In this document: piece after piece, positions 18,795 to 28,797 of the stretch
Numbering within the stretch: position 1 is the stretch's first letter
How the letters are laid out: every line of letters begins with the position of its first letter
Assembly (NCBI GenBank): GCA_048213135.1
Contig: PS015010.1
Coordinates: forward strand, 558,001 to 622,000
Origin: Reclinomonas americana ATCC 50394
Taxonomy: Eukaryota
Length of the DNA: 64,000 nucleotides
Reading direction: 5' to 3'
The notes under the pieces: model-generated
Database searches by the model: none
Told to the model about the DNA's origin: nothing
The model's input: only the letters and a program-made list of their open reading frames with translations
Translations under genes and position numbers: made by a program

Positions 18795-20110
18795 AACCGC
18801 TCTGCAGGAAGTGGAACAATTCACTGTAGGAAAGGACAGGGAACTGGATCTGCTGCTGGCGCCTTATGATGTGCTGGGATCACTGGCCCATACCCGGATG
18901 CTGGCCTCCGTTGGTCTGCTCACCGAACAGGAATGCAAAGTACTGCAGGAAGAATTGAAAAATATTTACCTGCAAACACAGCACCCGGACTTTCGTCTCG
19001 AAGACGGCGTAGAAGACATCCACTCACAGGTAGAACTGTTGCTCACCCGCAGGCTGGGCGATGCCGGAAAAAAAATACACAGCGCCCGCAGCCGCAACGA
19101 CCAGGTACTCCTCGATATCAAACTCTTCCTTCGTGCGGAAATAGAAAAACTGGTAACGAACAGCCGCTCGCTGTTCGACCTGCTTATTACGCAAAGCAAC
19201 ACATACAAAGAACACCTGCTGCCGGGTTACACCCACCTGCAGCTGGCCATGCCTTCTTCGTTCGGACTATGGTTTGGCGCTTATGCCGAGAGCCTGGCTG
19301 ACGATCTTATTACCCTTCATGCCGCCTGGGAACTGGTGAACAAAAACCCGCTGGGCTCTGCCGCAGGGTATGGATCCTCCTTTCCCGTCAACCGGCAAAT
19401 GACCACCGACCTGCTTGGTTTCGGCAGCCTGAACCATAACGTGGTGTATGCGCAAATGGGCCGCGGTAAAACAGAAAGGGTAGTGGCCGCCGCCATGGCC
19501 AATATCGCCGCCACACTTGCCAAACTCAGCATGGATGCCTGTTTGTACCTCAACCAGCATTTCGCGTTCATCAGTTTCCCCGATGAACTTACCACCGGCA
19601 GCAGCATCATGCCGCATAAAAAAAAATCCCGATGTATTCGAACTCATCCGTTCCCACTGTAACCGCCTGCAGGCGCTGCCCAACGAGATCATGATGATGA
19701 CCACCAACCTGCCATCGGGTTATCACCGCGACCTGCAATTGCTGAAAGAACACCTGTTTCCGGCATTTACCACTCTCAACCAGTGTATCGAAATGACGGG
19801 CTTCATGCTCAGCCAGGTAGAAATAAAAAAGAACATTCTTGACGGGGAGCAATTCCAGTATCTATTCACCGTGGAGGAAGTAAACCGCCTGGTAGCTTCG
19901 GGTATCCCTTTCCGTGATGCGTACAAACAGGTGGGACAGTCCATCGAAGAAGGGAAATTCTCCTGGTCCGGGCAACTCAACCACACCCACGAAGGTTCTA
20001 TTGGCAACCTGCACAATGAACAAATCGTGGCCGCAATGGAAAAGATCGTGAAGAGGTTTGAGTTTGAAAAAGTGAAAACGGCCATTGAATTACTAATTAC
20101 GAATTATTAA
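18772..20110 (+). CDS. argH: Argininosuccinate lyase, split by a +1 frameshift at A9 (19618-19626)
   Basis: HSARSRNDQ, PGYTHLQ; signature GSSIMPHKKNP restored by deleting one A. Confidence 0.93.
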
Positions 20111-20119
20111 TTACGAATG
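20087..20119 (+). repeat. (AATTACG)n heptamer array overlapping argH stop
   Basis: gaattactaattacgaattattaattacgaatg. Confidence 0.75.
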
Positions 20120-20277
20120 CCTTTATCATTAGACTTTACGAGGAATACCATGGAGGATTGTAGTTAAGGGAATTGGTAAATTGGTATATCGTTACATGAT
20201 CACATTCTTTGAAGGGTTCCCATTATCCTGAAAAGTCCTATTTTTACCCTCCATTTCTGCCATAACCTTACTTATTT

Positions 20278-21435
20278 GTGAATAAGAAACGCATTGCCAT
20301 ATTCGGATCTACCGGGTCAATCGGTACCCAGGCACTGGATGTCATCCGGGCCAACCCCGACCGTTTTGAAGCCGAGATCCTCACCGCACAGACCAATTCC
20401 GACCTCCTCATCACCCAGGCGCTGGAATTCAGGCCCAATGCCGTGGTAATTGGCGACGAATCCCGCTACCAGGCGGTAAAAAATGCGCTGGCTTCTACTG
20501 ATATCAAGGTATTCGCGGGTGAAAGCGCCCTGGAAGAAGCCGCCGATTTTGATACCTACGACATGATGCTGGCCGGTATTGTAGGCTTTGCCGGGCTCAA
20601 ACCCACCCTCAAAGCCGTGGAAAAAGGCAAGGCCATAGGACTGGCCAATAAGGAGACACTGGTGGTAGCCGGCGACATTGTAATGGAAAAAGCCGTGGAA
20701 AAAAGGGCACCCATCATCCCGGTCGACAGCGAGCATTCGGCTATTTTTCAATGTCTTGTAGGGGAAGCCCGCAATCCCATCGAAAAGATCATTCTTACCG
20801 CCAGCGGGGGGCCTTTCCTGGGTAAAAAGCCCAACTTCCTGGTCAATGTAAAACGCGATCACGCCCTGCAGCACCCCAACTGGAGCATGGGCGCCAAAAT
20901 ATCCATCGACTCGGCCACCCTCATGAACAAAGGCCTGGAAATGATCGAAGCCAAATGGCTGTTCAACCTCCGGCCCGACCAGATACAGGTTGTCATCCAC
21001 CCCCAGAGCATCATCCACAGCATGGTGCAGTTCGAGGACGGCAGTATTAAGGCGCAAATGGGCCTCCCGGATATGAAACTGCCCATCCAGTACGCCATGT
21101 CCTTCCCCGAAAGAATAAAAAACGACTTCCCCCGGATGGATTTCAGGCGTTTCCCCAGCCTGGTTTTCGACGAACCCGATGTGAAGACCTTCCGCAACCT
21201 GGCCCTGGCCACCGAAGCGCTTTTCAAGGGCGGAAATATGCCCTGCATACTCAACGCCGCCAACGAGATCGCCGTATGGGCCTTCCTCCGCAACCGGGTG
21301 GGCTTTCTCGATATGACCGCCATCGTGGAAAAGACCATGGAGAACGTGGCCTTCATCGAGCACCCCGACCTTCAGCAATATTTTGACAGCGACGCGGAAG
21401 CCCGTAATTTTGCGGCTTCGCTGATCAACCTCTGA
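20278..21435 (+). CDS. dxr: 1-deoxy-D-xylulose-5-phosphate reductoisomerase
   Basis: GSTGSIGTQ, LANKE, PVDSEHSA, TASGGPF, HPNWSMG, NAANE. Confidence 0.97.
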   Translation: MNKKRIAIFGSTGSIGTQALDVIRANPDRFEAEILTAQTNSDLLITQALEFRPNAVVIGDESRYQAVKNALASTDIKVFAGESALEEAADFDTYDMMLAGIVGFAGLKPTLKAVEKGKAIGLANKETLVVAGDIVMEKAVEKRAPIIPVDSEHSAIFQCLVGEARNPIEKIILTASGGPFLGKKPNFLVNVKRDHALQHPNWSMGAKISIDSATLMNKGLEMIEAKWLFNLRPDQIQVVIHPQSIIHSMVQFEDGSIKAQMGLPDMKLPIQYAMSFPERIKNDFPRMDFRRFPSLVFDEPDVKTFRNLALATEALFKGGNMPCILNAANEIAVWAFLRNRVGFLDMTAIVEKTMENVAFIEHPDLQQYFDSDAEARNFAASLINL

Positions 21436-21470
21436 TAATTTTTTGGAGACCGGCTGAGTACCAATATTTA

Positions 21471-21495
21471 ACATCGTTGTGTCACTCACTTGTAC
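21471..21495 (-). repeat. Second copy of 25-bp intergenic repeat
   Basis: acatcgttgtgtcactcacttgtac. Confidence 0.85.
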
Positions 21496-21533
21496 TTTTT
21501 CAGCTATATTGAGCAATTAAAATCAATCATTGA

Positions 21534-22913
21534 ATGGAATTACTGGCTATCAACTGGGGCAGCGTGGGACTGAAAGTGGCGCAACTCTTACTATCCTTAT
21601 CCATCCTCGTGATCCTGCACGAATTCGGCCATTATATCACCGCACGCTGGTTCAAATGCCGCGTCGAAAAATTCTACCTCTTCTTCGATCCCTGGTTCTC
21701 CATCGTTAAAAAGAAAATAGGCGATACAGTATATGGTATCGGCTGGCTGCCCCTGGGTGGCTATGTGAAGATCGCCGGTATGGTGGATGAAAGCATGGAC
21801 AAAGAACAAATGAAACAGCCGCCCCAGCCCTGGGAGTTCCGCAGCAAACCGGCCTGGCAAAGGCTCATCATCATGCTGGGTGGTGTTACTGTAAATATCA
21901 TTCTCGCCTTCCTTATTTATGCCATGATCCTGATGGTGTGGGGCGAAAAAAAGATATACAGTTCTTCCCTGAAATATGGTATTGAAGTGCAGGACAGCCT
22001 CATGCTCAAACTTAGCTTCCAGGATGGGGATAAACCCATTGCCGTGGATGGTAAAAATGTAGAGGACTTTTCTGACTATATTCCCAAACTGATCGTTGGT
22101 CACAGTGCTACTGTTATCAGGGATGGTAAAGAAGTGACTTTTACCTTGCCTGAAGATTTTATTGGTCAGCTTGTGGAAAAGAAAAGAAGCGATGTCCCCC
22201 TCATGGGTATACGCAGTCCTTACTGGGTAGGTAGCGTACCGGACACAGGTGCCTTGTCAAAACTCGGTTTGCAACGCTGGGATAAAGTGCTGATGATCGA
22301 TTCTGTTGCAACACCTTTTACAAGCGATGTTGCCAAAGCCTTTGAAAAGAAAAAAAATGGTACCGTACAGGTGCTGCTCCAGCGGGGCGAAACCCACTAC
22401 ACCAGCACCTGGCCGATTGACAGTAATGGTGTTGTCTCGAATATGAAAATAATCGGCAAATTCCAGTCGCTGGACAGCGCCGGTGTGATCAAATACGAAG
22501 TAAAAAAATATGGTTTCTTCGCGGCTTTCCCTGCAGGTGTACAACTCGCAGGTGAAAAACTCAGCTGGTATATTGACCAGTTCAAAAAAATATTATCACC
22601 CAAAACAGGCGCCTACAAAGGGGTAGGCGGGTTTAAAGCCATGGGGTCTGTATTCCCCGGCGATGGCTGGGACTGGGAGCACTTCTGGACCATCACCGCG
22701 TTCTTCTCCATTGTACTTGCCTTCATGAACCTGTTGCCCATACCGGCACTCGACGGCGGGCATGTGGTATTCACGCTCATAGAAATGATCACCGGTCGCA
22801 AACCCAACGAAAAATTCCTGGAATACGCCCAGATCGTTGGTATGGTGATCCTGCTGGCGCTGATGCTCTATGCCAATGGGAACGACTGGTTTGGATGGGG
22901 GAGAGGGAAATAA
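21534..22913 (+). CDS. rseP: RIP metalloprotease
   Basis: HEFGH, LPLGGYVKI, PDZ region, NLLPIPALDGGH; follows dxr. Confidence 0.95.
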   Translation: MELLAINWGSVGLKVAQLLLSLSILVILHEFGHYITARWFKCRVEKFYLFFDPWFSIVKKKIGDTVYGIGWLPLGGYVKIAGMVDESMDKEQMKQPPQPWEFRSKPAWQRLIIMLGGVTVNIILAFLIYAMILMVWGEKKIYSSSLKYGIEVQDSLMLKLSFQDGDKPIAVDGKNVEDFSDYIPKLIVGHSATVIRDGKEVTFTLPEDFIGQLVEKKRSDVPLMGIRSPYWVGSVPDTGALSKLGLQRWDKVLMIDSVATPFTSDVAKAFEKKKNGTVQVLLQRGETHYTSTWPIDSNGVVSNMKIIGKFQSLDSAGVIKYEVKKYGFFAAFPAGVQLAGEKLSWYIDQFKKILSPKTGAYKGVGGFKAMGSVFPGDGWDWEHFWTITAFFSIVLAFMNLLPIPALDGGHVVFTLIEMITGRKPNEKFLEYAQIVGMVILLALMLYANGNDWFGWGRGK

Positions 22914-22941
22914 TGTGATAATTTGATAATTCGATAATTTG

Positions 22942-22980
22942 AAAATAAGAGCGCTTCCTGAAAGAAGCGCTCTTATTTTT
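22942..22980. terminator. Bidirectional terminator flanked by inverted octamer arrays (22911-22945, 23021-23056)
   Basis: AAAATAAGAGCGCTTC-CTGAAA-GAAGCGCTCTTATTTT. Confidence 0.9.
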
Positions 22981-23052
22981 ATTGGAAAGGTATTTTGCAC
23001 TGGATCGCCGGAGCCCCCATTACCGAATTTCCAAATTGTCAGATCATCAAAT

Positions 23053-24852
23053 TTATAGCTCAATCCCAATCTTCTTCATCAATATCGACGCGTTCAGGCT
23101 CGTGCATATTCCCCCTTTCAACCGGTAGTCAAAAAACAGTTCTTCGCCTTCTACCTGTACATCAAAATGGTAATTGAGTATCTGTTGCGGGTAGGTGCTT
23201 TCCAGTTTGGCCAGTTCCACATCATGCGTGGCAATGATGGCCGCTGCTTTGTGTTGTATCAGTTGTTTGATAAGCGCCGCGGAGCCCGTATGCCGGTCGA
23301 GCGAATTGGTGCCGCGTAAGATCTCATCCAGCAGGATGAATACTTTTTCGCCCCGGTTCACTTTATCGATCACCGCCTTCAGTTTTTTCAGTTCCGCGTA
23401 AAAAGTGGAGGTACTTTCCTCCAGATTATCCGCAATGCGCATACTGCTGATCAGCTGCACCGGTGACAGGGTAAGGTCTTTCGCACAAACCGGGCTGCCG
23501 GCCATAGCCAGTACCACGTTCACCCCAATACTGCGCAGGTAGGTGCTTTTGCCCGCCATATTGCTGCCCGTAACCAGCATCAGTTCACCGCTGTGGTGCA
23601 TATGGATATCGTTGTTCACCCTTTTAGCCGGGTTGATCAGCGGGTGTCCCACACCGTTAGCCTCCATATAAAAATGATCGCTGTGCAGCATGGGAAAATT
23701 CCATTCCGGGTTGTTGAAGTAAAGGGTGCCCAGGCTGCCAAGGGCCTCAAATTCACCCAGCGCGGCAAACCAGCCATTGATATGATTGCGGTTGTCTTTC
23801 TTCCATTTTTCCAGGGCCAGCGCCTGCTGCAGGTCCCATTGCAAAAGAATATCGAGCGGAATGAACACAACGGGATTGTAACGCAGGTCCATCCGTTCCA
23901 GTATTTTTTTCAGCTGCTTCAATTGAGCGGAAGCTTTCCCTTCCTGGCGGTACACCTGTTGCAGGTCGTACAGCAGCGGACTGTTGAACGTGCTGTCTTC
24001 TATCAGCCGGATACAATCAGACATGATATCAAGTTCATCCGCCATGCGTGACACTTTGTTGTGCAGCGGCGTTACTTTCTTGCTAATATAAAAAGCCAGC
24101 AATCCCGCGCCGAGCAGGATATAATTGCGGAAGGGGGTGCTGATGACATCGGCGATATTCAGGGCAATGGCGCCCAATACAATGGCGGGCACCACCAGGC
24201 TTAGCCAGCGCCATACAGGTTGCCCCAGGAATTGCTGTTCTTCCTGCAACCATTGTTCGAGCCGGTCGTGCGTGCTTTGCGTGATGGTCTTTTCGGTTCC
24301 GTAGGCCTGCAACTGCTGCCGCCATCCGGGTTGCTGCGCCAATTCCTTTACCGCTTCCTGCCGCCGGTTGATCTCCTGCGGAGTGGCAGGCTGCAACAGC
24401 CATTGCGCCAGTGTTTGCCCGCCGGCATCGGAACGGGTACGGCTGATGTACTGGAACAAAGAAGCCCTCCCAAAAATGTCGAGGTCATGCGCATAATCAT
24501 GTACGGGTGGCATAAACCGCAGTCCATCCTCCAGGTGCAGGTACTGGTGATTCAATACAGCCTGTTCATCTTTACAAATATGAACCAGGTGCCGGGTATG
24601 CTGGATGGCTGATTTATTGTCTAGGTCAGTGAATACGACCCTTACAAACCCCAGCAGCAGCAGGGCAGCCGCACCCACGGCATAGCCGATTCCCACGGGC
24701 CACAGGAAGTACAGCGCTGCTATTACCAGCAGGATAACGAGAAGCCGGGCCCAGGCCAGCCGGCTTTTCCGGCGTGACAGGCGATCCAGTTGTTGTTCCA
24801 GCTCAGCGATCCGCTGCTGGTAGTAATCGGCGGGTGTGGTAGATGCATTCAT
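23053..24852 (-). CDS. Membrane-anchored MutS-related ATPase (domain V)
   Basis: TGSNMAGKSTYLR, STFYAEL, LDEILRGTNS, ATHD; N-terminal TM helices, no mismatch-binding domain. Confidence 0.9.
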   Translation of the reverse strand: MNASTTPADYYQQRIAELEQQLDRLSRRKSRLAWARLLVILLVIAALYFLWPVGIGYAVGAAALLLLGFVRVVFTDLDNKSAIQHTRHLVHICKDEQAVLNHQYLHLEDGLRFMPPVHDYAHDLDIFGRASLFQYISRTRSDAGGQTLAQWLLQPATPQEINRRQEAVKELAQQPGWRQQLQAYGTEKTITQSTHDRLEQWLQEEQQFLGQPVWRWLSLVVPAIVLGAIALNIADVISTPFRNYILLGAGLLAFYISKKVTPLHNKVSRMADELDIMSDCIRLIEDSTFNSPLLYDLQQVYRQEGKASAQLKQLKKILERMDLRYNPVVFIPLDILLQWDLQQALALEKWKKDNRNHINGWFAALGEFEALGSLGTLYFNNPEWNFPMLHSDHFYMEANGVGHPLINPAKRVNNDIHMHHSGELMLVTGSNMAGKSTYLRSIGVNVVLAMAGSPVCAKDLTLSPVQLISSMRIADNLEESTSTFYAELKKLKAVIDKVNRGEKVFILLDEILRGTNSLDRHTGSAALIKQLIQHKAAAIIATHDVELAKLESTYPQQILNYHFDVQVEGEELFFDYRLKGGICTSLNASILMKKIGIEL

Positions 24853-24944
24853 GTGAACGGCAAGTTAAACCATCATTCATAATTATTCACGACTCCTGAC
24901 TTTTTCGTAAATTTGCCGTTACGAAAGTCATATGGCTTTCTCCC

Positions 24945-25314
24945 GGGGCTGACCGGTTTTGACAGCATAGCTCTTTGTAAGTGTAAGCATGTAGTGCGTT
25001 GCGTAATTAGCACTTTAATCTGAATACGTAAACTTCAAATGGCAATACACAGTATGCCATGGCTGCTTAATCGATAGATTAGCATCCATTAGGGCCGCCG
25101 AACAGGTCAGTCTGTTACCATGTTCCGCCGCCGACTCAAAAACAAAACAGGCTGCGATAATGGAATGATGTGACCATTATTTAAGTACCATCCATCTACG
25201 GAAAAAATTGGTTAGTTGCGCCCCTGCTTTTTCCCGACAAATAATGCGTAAATAAACATGTAGAAAGCTTATGACGAATATGTTTGGACCAGGGTTCGAT
25301 TCCCTGCAGCTCCA
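24945..25314 (+). ncRNA. ssrA: tmRNA; tag (A)GNTQYAMAA at 25041-25070
   Basis: 5' GGGGCTGACCGGTTTTGACAG, 3' T-arm CAGGGTTCGATTCCCTG and CAGCTCCA; TAAATTTG promoter at 24908. Confidence 0.96.
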
Positions 25315-25318
25315 CCCC

Positions 25319-25350
25319 AATGGCAAACAATTAACCTGTTTGCCATTTTT
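25319..25350 (+). terminator. ssrA terminator
   Basis: AATGGCAAACA-attaacc-TGTTTGCCATT-TTT. Confidence 0.85.
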
Positions 25351-25505
25351 CATTTTACACCATCTCTGTCTTCCGGTATTCTCCTGGTCCGCGAGGCACT
25401 AACCGGGAAGATGTAAAATCATCCTTTTTAACGATTGCCCCGGTTCCATACCCCATCTACTTTTACGGCATTAAAATGCAGCGGGAAACCGGTAAAATTT
25501 CCATC

Positions 25506-27863
25506 ATGAAAAAGCAATATCTGTTCTTTGTTTGTATCGTCCTGTCGCTGGCTTTTATTTGCTGCGGTGCAGTTGCTCAAAATCTTATAGCCAGCTACCC
25601 GCTTAATGGCAATGCCAATGATGTGAGCGGCAATGGTTTGAATGGTACCATTATCGGCACTCCCGGTTTTGTGGCAGATCGCTTTGGTAATCCCAACAGT
25701 GCCATTGAGTTTCCCGGGCATGTTGATCACCGGGTAGAAATTGATGACAACCCCTTATTGCATACTCCCAGCATCACCATTGCTGCCTGGGTTTACATCA
25801 CCAATATGTCAAGCCTCCAGTCATTCGTTGACAAGCCTTTGGGCAGCAGTACATCGGATAGCTGGCACTTTGGGTTGGTAATGGCCAACGGTTATTATCA
25901 CTTTTCCTGCTGGTTGCTCAATGATCCAAATAACACCAATCCCATGTCGCAGATCACTGCACAGCTCCTTAAGACAGGAGAATGGCATTACGTGGTCAGT
26001 ACTTTTGATAATACCACCAGGCAGCACAAATTGTATGTAGATGCCGTGCTGAAAGCAGTCAATACCTTTAACAGCACTATCGGTTATGATAACAATAAAA
26101 TGTACCTGGGAGCGGCTATTGAAAACGGGGGGCTTTTCTTTCCCATGTGGGGCCGGCTGGATGATGTGAAGATTTATGACGCCGCTCTTACAGCGCAGCA
26201 AATAGCCAGCGACTATAATGCCTCGGTAACCTACGACAACACCGGAAGCGGGAATGCCTGGTCTTTTACCGATCAGGGTACGTACATACAACTTCCTTCC
26301 CTGCTGGATGGGACCAATATGTTTACCCTGGATTTCTGGGTAAAGACCACCAGTACGGCCGGCGGTAATGTTTTTTGGAATATGCCCACCCTGGTAGGTA
26401 ACGCGAATCCCATTTCACCGGATGGGGATTTTGGAATTACTTCCAATGAAGGCAAAATTGCCATTTGGAGTGGCATCAGCAATACCGGTGACCAGAATCT
26501 GCAGACCACAAAATATATCAATGATAACAAATGGCACCATGTTGCTGCCGTGAGCGACGGCAATACACTGGTGCTGTATGTGGATGGTATATTGTTGCCG
26601 GGCAGTATCAGTACGGCTGGCGGTGTACTGCAAACATCGGCAAGGCCCTGGCGCATCGGGCAAAACAACAGTTGTTGTGGCATCAATAATAGTTTCGATG
26701 GCATGATAGATGAATTCCGGGTATGGAATACGCCCCTCAGCCAGGAGCAAATCAGGGAACGCATGTGCAAGAAAACGATCAGCAGCGATGTTTTATATAA
26801 CAACCTGGTAGCTTATTATCATTTTAATGAAAAAGTGGGCGGCGGTATTGTAGATTCGAAAGGATCAAATGCAGCGGAACTGGTCAATGGAACAAGGGTC
26901 ATCAGCGGGGCGCCGGTTGGTGATGGATCAGCATACGATTATGTAAATGCGACAAAAACAGCTACGATCAGTCACGCCAGCGGTGAAAGTTTTACCGTTA
27001 CTTCCACTTCGGGTGACCCCGATGGTATACAGGTTTATCGTGTAGATGAACAACCTAATTCTTTAAACGGGACCATTAGTATCGGGGCTATGGATAAATA
27101 TTTTGGCGTTTTTCAGTCGGGTGGTACTGCTCCGCAATACAGCGCTGTGTATAACTATACCGGTAATGCTGGTGTGAATGCCAGCAACGAAAGCTCGCTG
27201 GTTTTGAATAAACGAACCGACAATACTTTTATGAACTGGGTAAATGGTGCTGCTGTGCTGGATATGAATGCCAACACCTTAACCCTTACCGGGCAGAGCA
27301 CGGAATATATTTTAGGCAGCTCAGGCGTATTGCCCCTGCGGCTGCTTTCGTTTACTGCCATTAAACAAGACGCCGGTGTATTACTGCAATGGCAAACCAG
27401 CAATGAGATCAATACCTCCCATTTTGAAATTGAACGCAGCAATGATGGTGTGACGTTTGAAAAACTCGGCATTACCAATGCGTTACACAACAGCAGCATA
27501 CCCAATTATCATTTTACAGATAATGCACCCGTTAAAGGCATCAATTACTACCGCCTGCGGCAGGTGGACAGGGATGCTCGTTATACTTACAGCCCTGTGG
27601 TTAAAGTAATATTTAATAATGACGGAGCAGGACTGGTTGTGTACCCCAATCCTGCAGGGAATACAATTACCATGAAGTATGCTGCTAATCAGAAGACCGT
27701 CACACTTTCCATTTTCGATCTTGCAGGCAGAAAAGTAATGTCCGGGGAATTCAACCATCAAAATAGTATGCAGGTAGACATATCGGCCCTCTCTAAAGGC
27801 TTATATACGATCAGGCTTACCGATGGTGTAAAACAAATGCAGGCAAAACTGGTAAAGCAGTAG
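25506..27863 (+). CDS. T9SS-secreted protein with two LamG/ConA-like domains
   Basis: Signal peptide, WHYVVSTF/WHHVAAV and GRLDDVKIY/GMIDEFRVW repeats, LPLRLLSF..YYRLRQVD..YPNP CTD. Confidence 0.88.
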   Translation: MKKQYLFFVCIVLSLAFICCGAVAQNLIASYPLNGNANDVSGNGLNGTIIGTPGFVADRFGNPNSAIEFPGHVDHRVEIDDNPLLHTPSITIAAWVYITNMSSLQSFVDKPLGSSTSDSWHFGLVMANGYYHFSCWLLNDPNNTNPMSQITAQLLKTGEWHYVVSTFDNTTRQHKLYVDAVLKAVNTFNSTIGYDNNKMYLGAAIENGGLFFPMWGRLDDVKIYDAALTAQQIASDYNASVTYDNTGSGNAWSFTDQGTYIQLPSLLDGTNMFTLDFWVKTTSTAGGNVFWNMPTLVGNANPISPDGDFGITSNEGKIAIWSGISNTGDQNLQTTKYINDNKWHHVAAVSDGNTLVLYVDGILLPGSISTAGGVLQTSARPWRIGQNNSCCGINNSFDGMIDEFRVWNTPLSQEQIRERMCKKTISSDVLYNNLVAYYHFNEKVGGGIVDSKGSNAAELVNGTRVISGAPVGDGSAYDYVNATKTATISHASGESFTVTSTSGDPDGIQVYRVDEQPNSLNGTISIGAMDKYFGVFQSGGTAPQYSAVYNYTGNAGVNASNESSLVLNKRTDNTFMNWVNGAAVLDMNANTLTLTGQSTEYILGSSGVLPLRLLSFTAIKQDAGVLLQWQTSNEINTSHFEIERSNDGVTFEKLGITNALHNSSIPNYHFTDNAPVKGINYYRLRQVDRDARYTYSPVVKVIFNNDGAGLVVYPNPAGNTITMKYAANQKTVTLSIFDLAGRKVMSGEFNHQNSMQVDISALSKGLYTIRLTDGVKQMQAKLVKQ

Positions 27864-27905
27864 CAGCCCTTTTTGTTTCCGGGGCAAATAAAAGAATATT
27901 AATAG

Positions 27906-27947
27906 CGAATATATTTGGATCCGGGTTCGATTCCCCGCAGCTATACC
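27906..27947 (+). mobile_element. Degenerate duplicate of ssrA 3' end (att-like scar)
   Basis: 36/42 nt identical to 25275-25316 in direct orientation. Confidence 0.75.
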
Positions 27948-28033
27948 TGGCAGGAATCGAACCCGGGTTCCTTTTTTATCCATCATAGAAAGGAATTTCC
28001 ATTATCCTCACAGGATATAAGGTTCTGCACCTC

Positions 28034-28640
28034 TTAAGGTGATGGAGTAATGCCGGTCACTACCGGTACTTCAATTGAGTGATGAGAAAAGGCAACGGAC
28101 TTCTCCAGCAGCAACCTGGTGCGCTCCATCCATTCTGTCTGTGCCGAAAAATTTGTTCCACCGGATGTTTCGTCGTCATATTTGCGCTGGAGTTTTGATA
28201 AATCTCCAAATGTCCTTTTATAAAGCTTCCCGAGCTTTTTTTTTATACGTCAGCGAATCCCATGTCATCTCTGATATGGCTCTCCGGAGTTCCCGGGCGC
28301 ATAATTCAACAAGATCAAAATGAAGTTGTTCATGCGCAAGGGTAAGCCTGGTGGCACTCGCCGGGTTTCGCACCCAGGAAAGGCCAGGTACGAAGAAGGC
28401 GATTATGGTAACCTTCACGGGCTTCCGTTCCGCAATAAATGCTTTGTCGTCTATATTAAAATAGAAATTCCAGTGTGTTTTCGCCAGCTTATAGGGGTAC
28501 TTGTCATACGAAACCTGTTCACGGAAATCAGGCCATTCCAGCTTCCGCAATGACCAGGTGATATTACCGGTGGTATCCTGTGCTGTTACTCCTGTGAGAC
28601 ACATGGTGGCGAGTAAAAACAAATAAAATCGTTTCTGCAT
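28034..28640 (-). CDS. DUF922-like putative Zn peptidase, +1 frameshift at T9 (28236-28244)
   Basis: WSLRKLEWPDF, LAHEQLHFD; shifted frame continues QRKYDDETSGGTNFSAQTEW to a stop at 28034. Confidence 0.78.
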
Positions 28641-28744
28641 CGTGTTTACAGTTCGTCATTCAAAAATAAGTAAAGCCACCCATTAGGCGGAAGACTGCCG
28701 GTTCCGGTTTTTGTAGTAAAATTTAAATTTGTCAAATTTTATAT

Positions 28745-28758
28745 TTAGGTTTGCCTAA
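28745..28758. promoter_or_regulatory. DtxR/MntR-type operator candidate
   Basis: Palindrome TTAGG-TTTG-CCTAA just upstream of TATTTTTG -7 element (28764-28771). Confidence 0.6.
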
Positions 28759-28797
28759 TTTTATATTTTTGCCTGCATTTAAAATATATTTAGTCGA

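Noticed and set aside
19618-19626. Programmed frameshift regulating argH
   Set aside because: Needs +1 shift, no stimulatory element seen, and the same extra-A pattern recurs elsewhere, so error is more parsimonious
20317-21516. 399-aa antisense ORF
   Set aside because: Shadow of GC3-rich dxr; same for 45571-46668, 14715-15587, 7948-8661 and other antisense ORFs
27906-27947. Second tRNA gene
   Set aside because: Only a T-arm; no D or anticodon arm, matches ssrA 3' end
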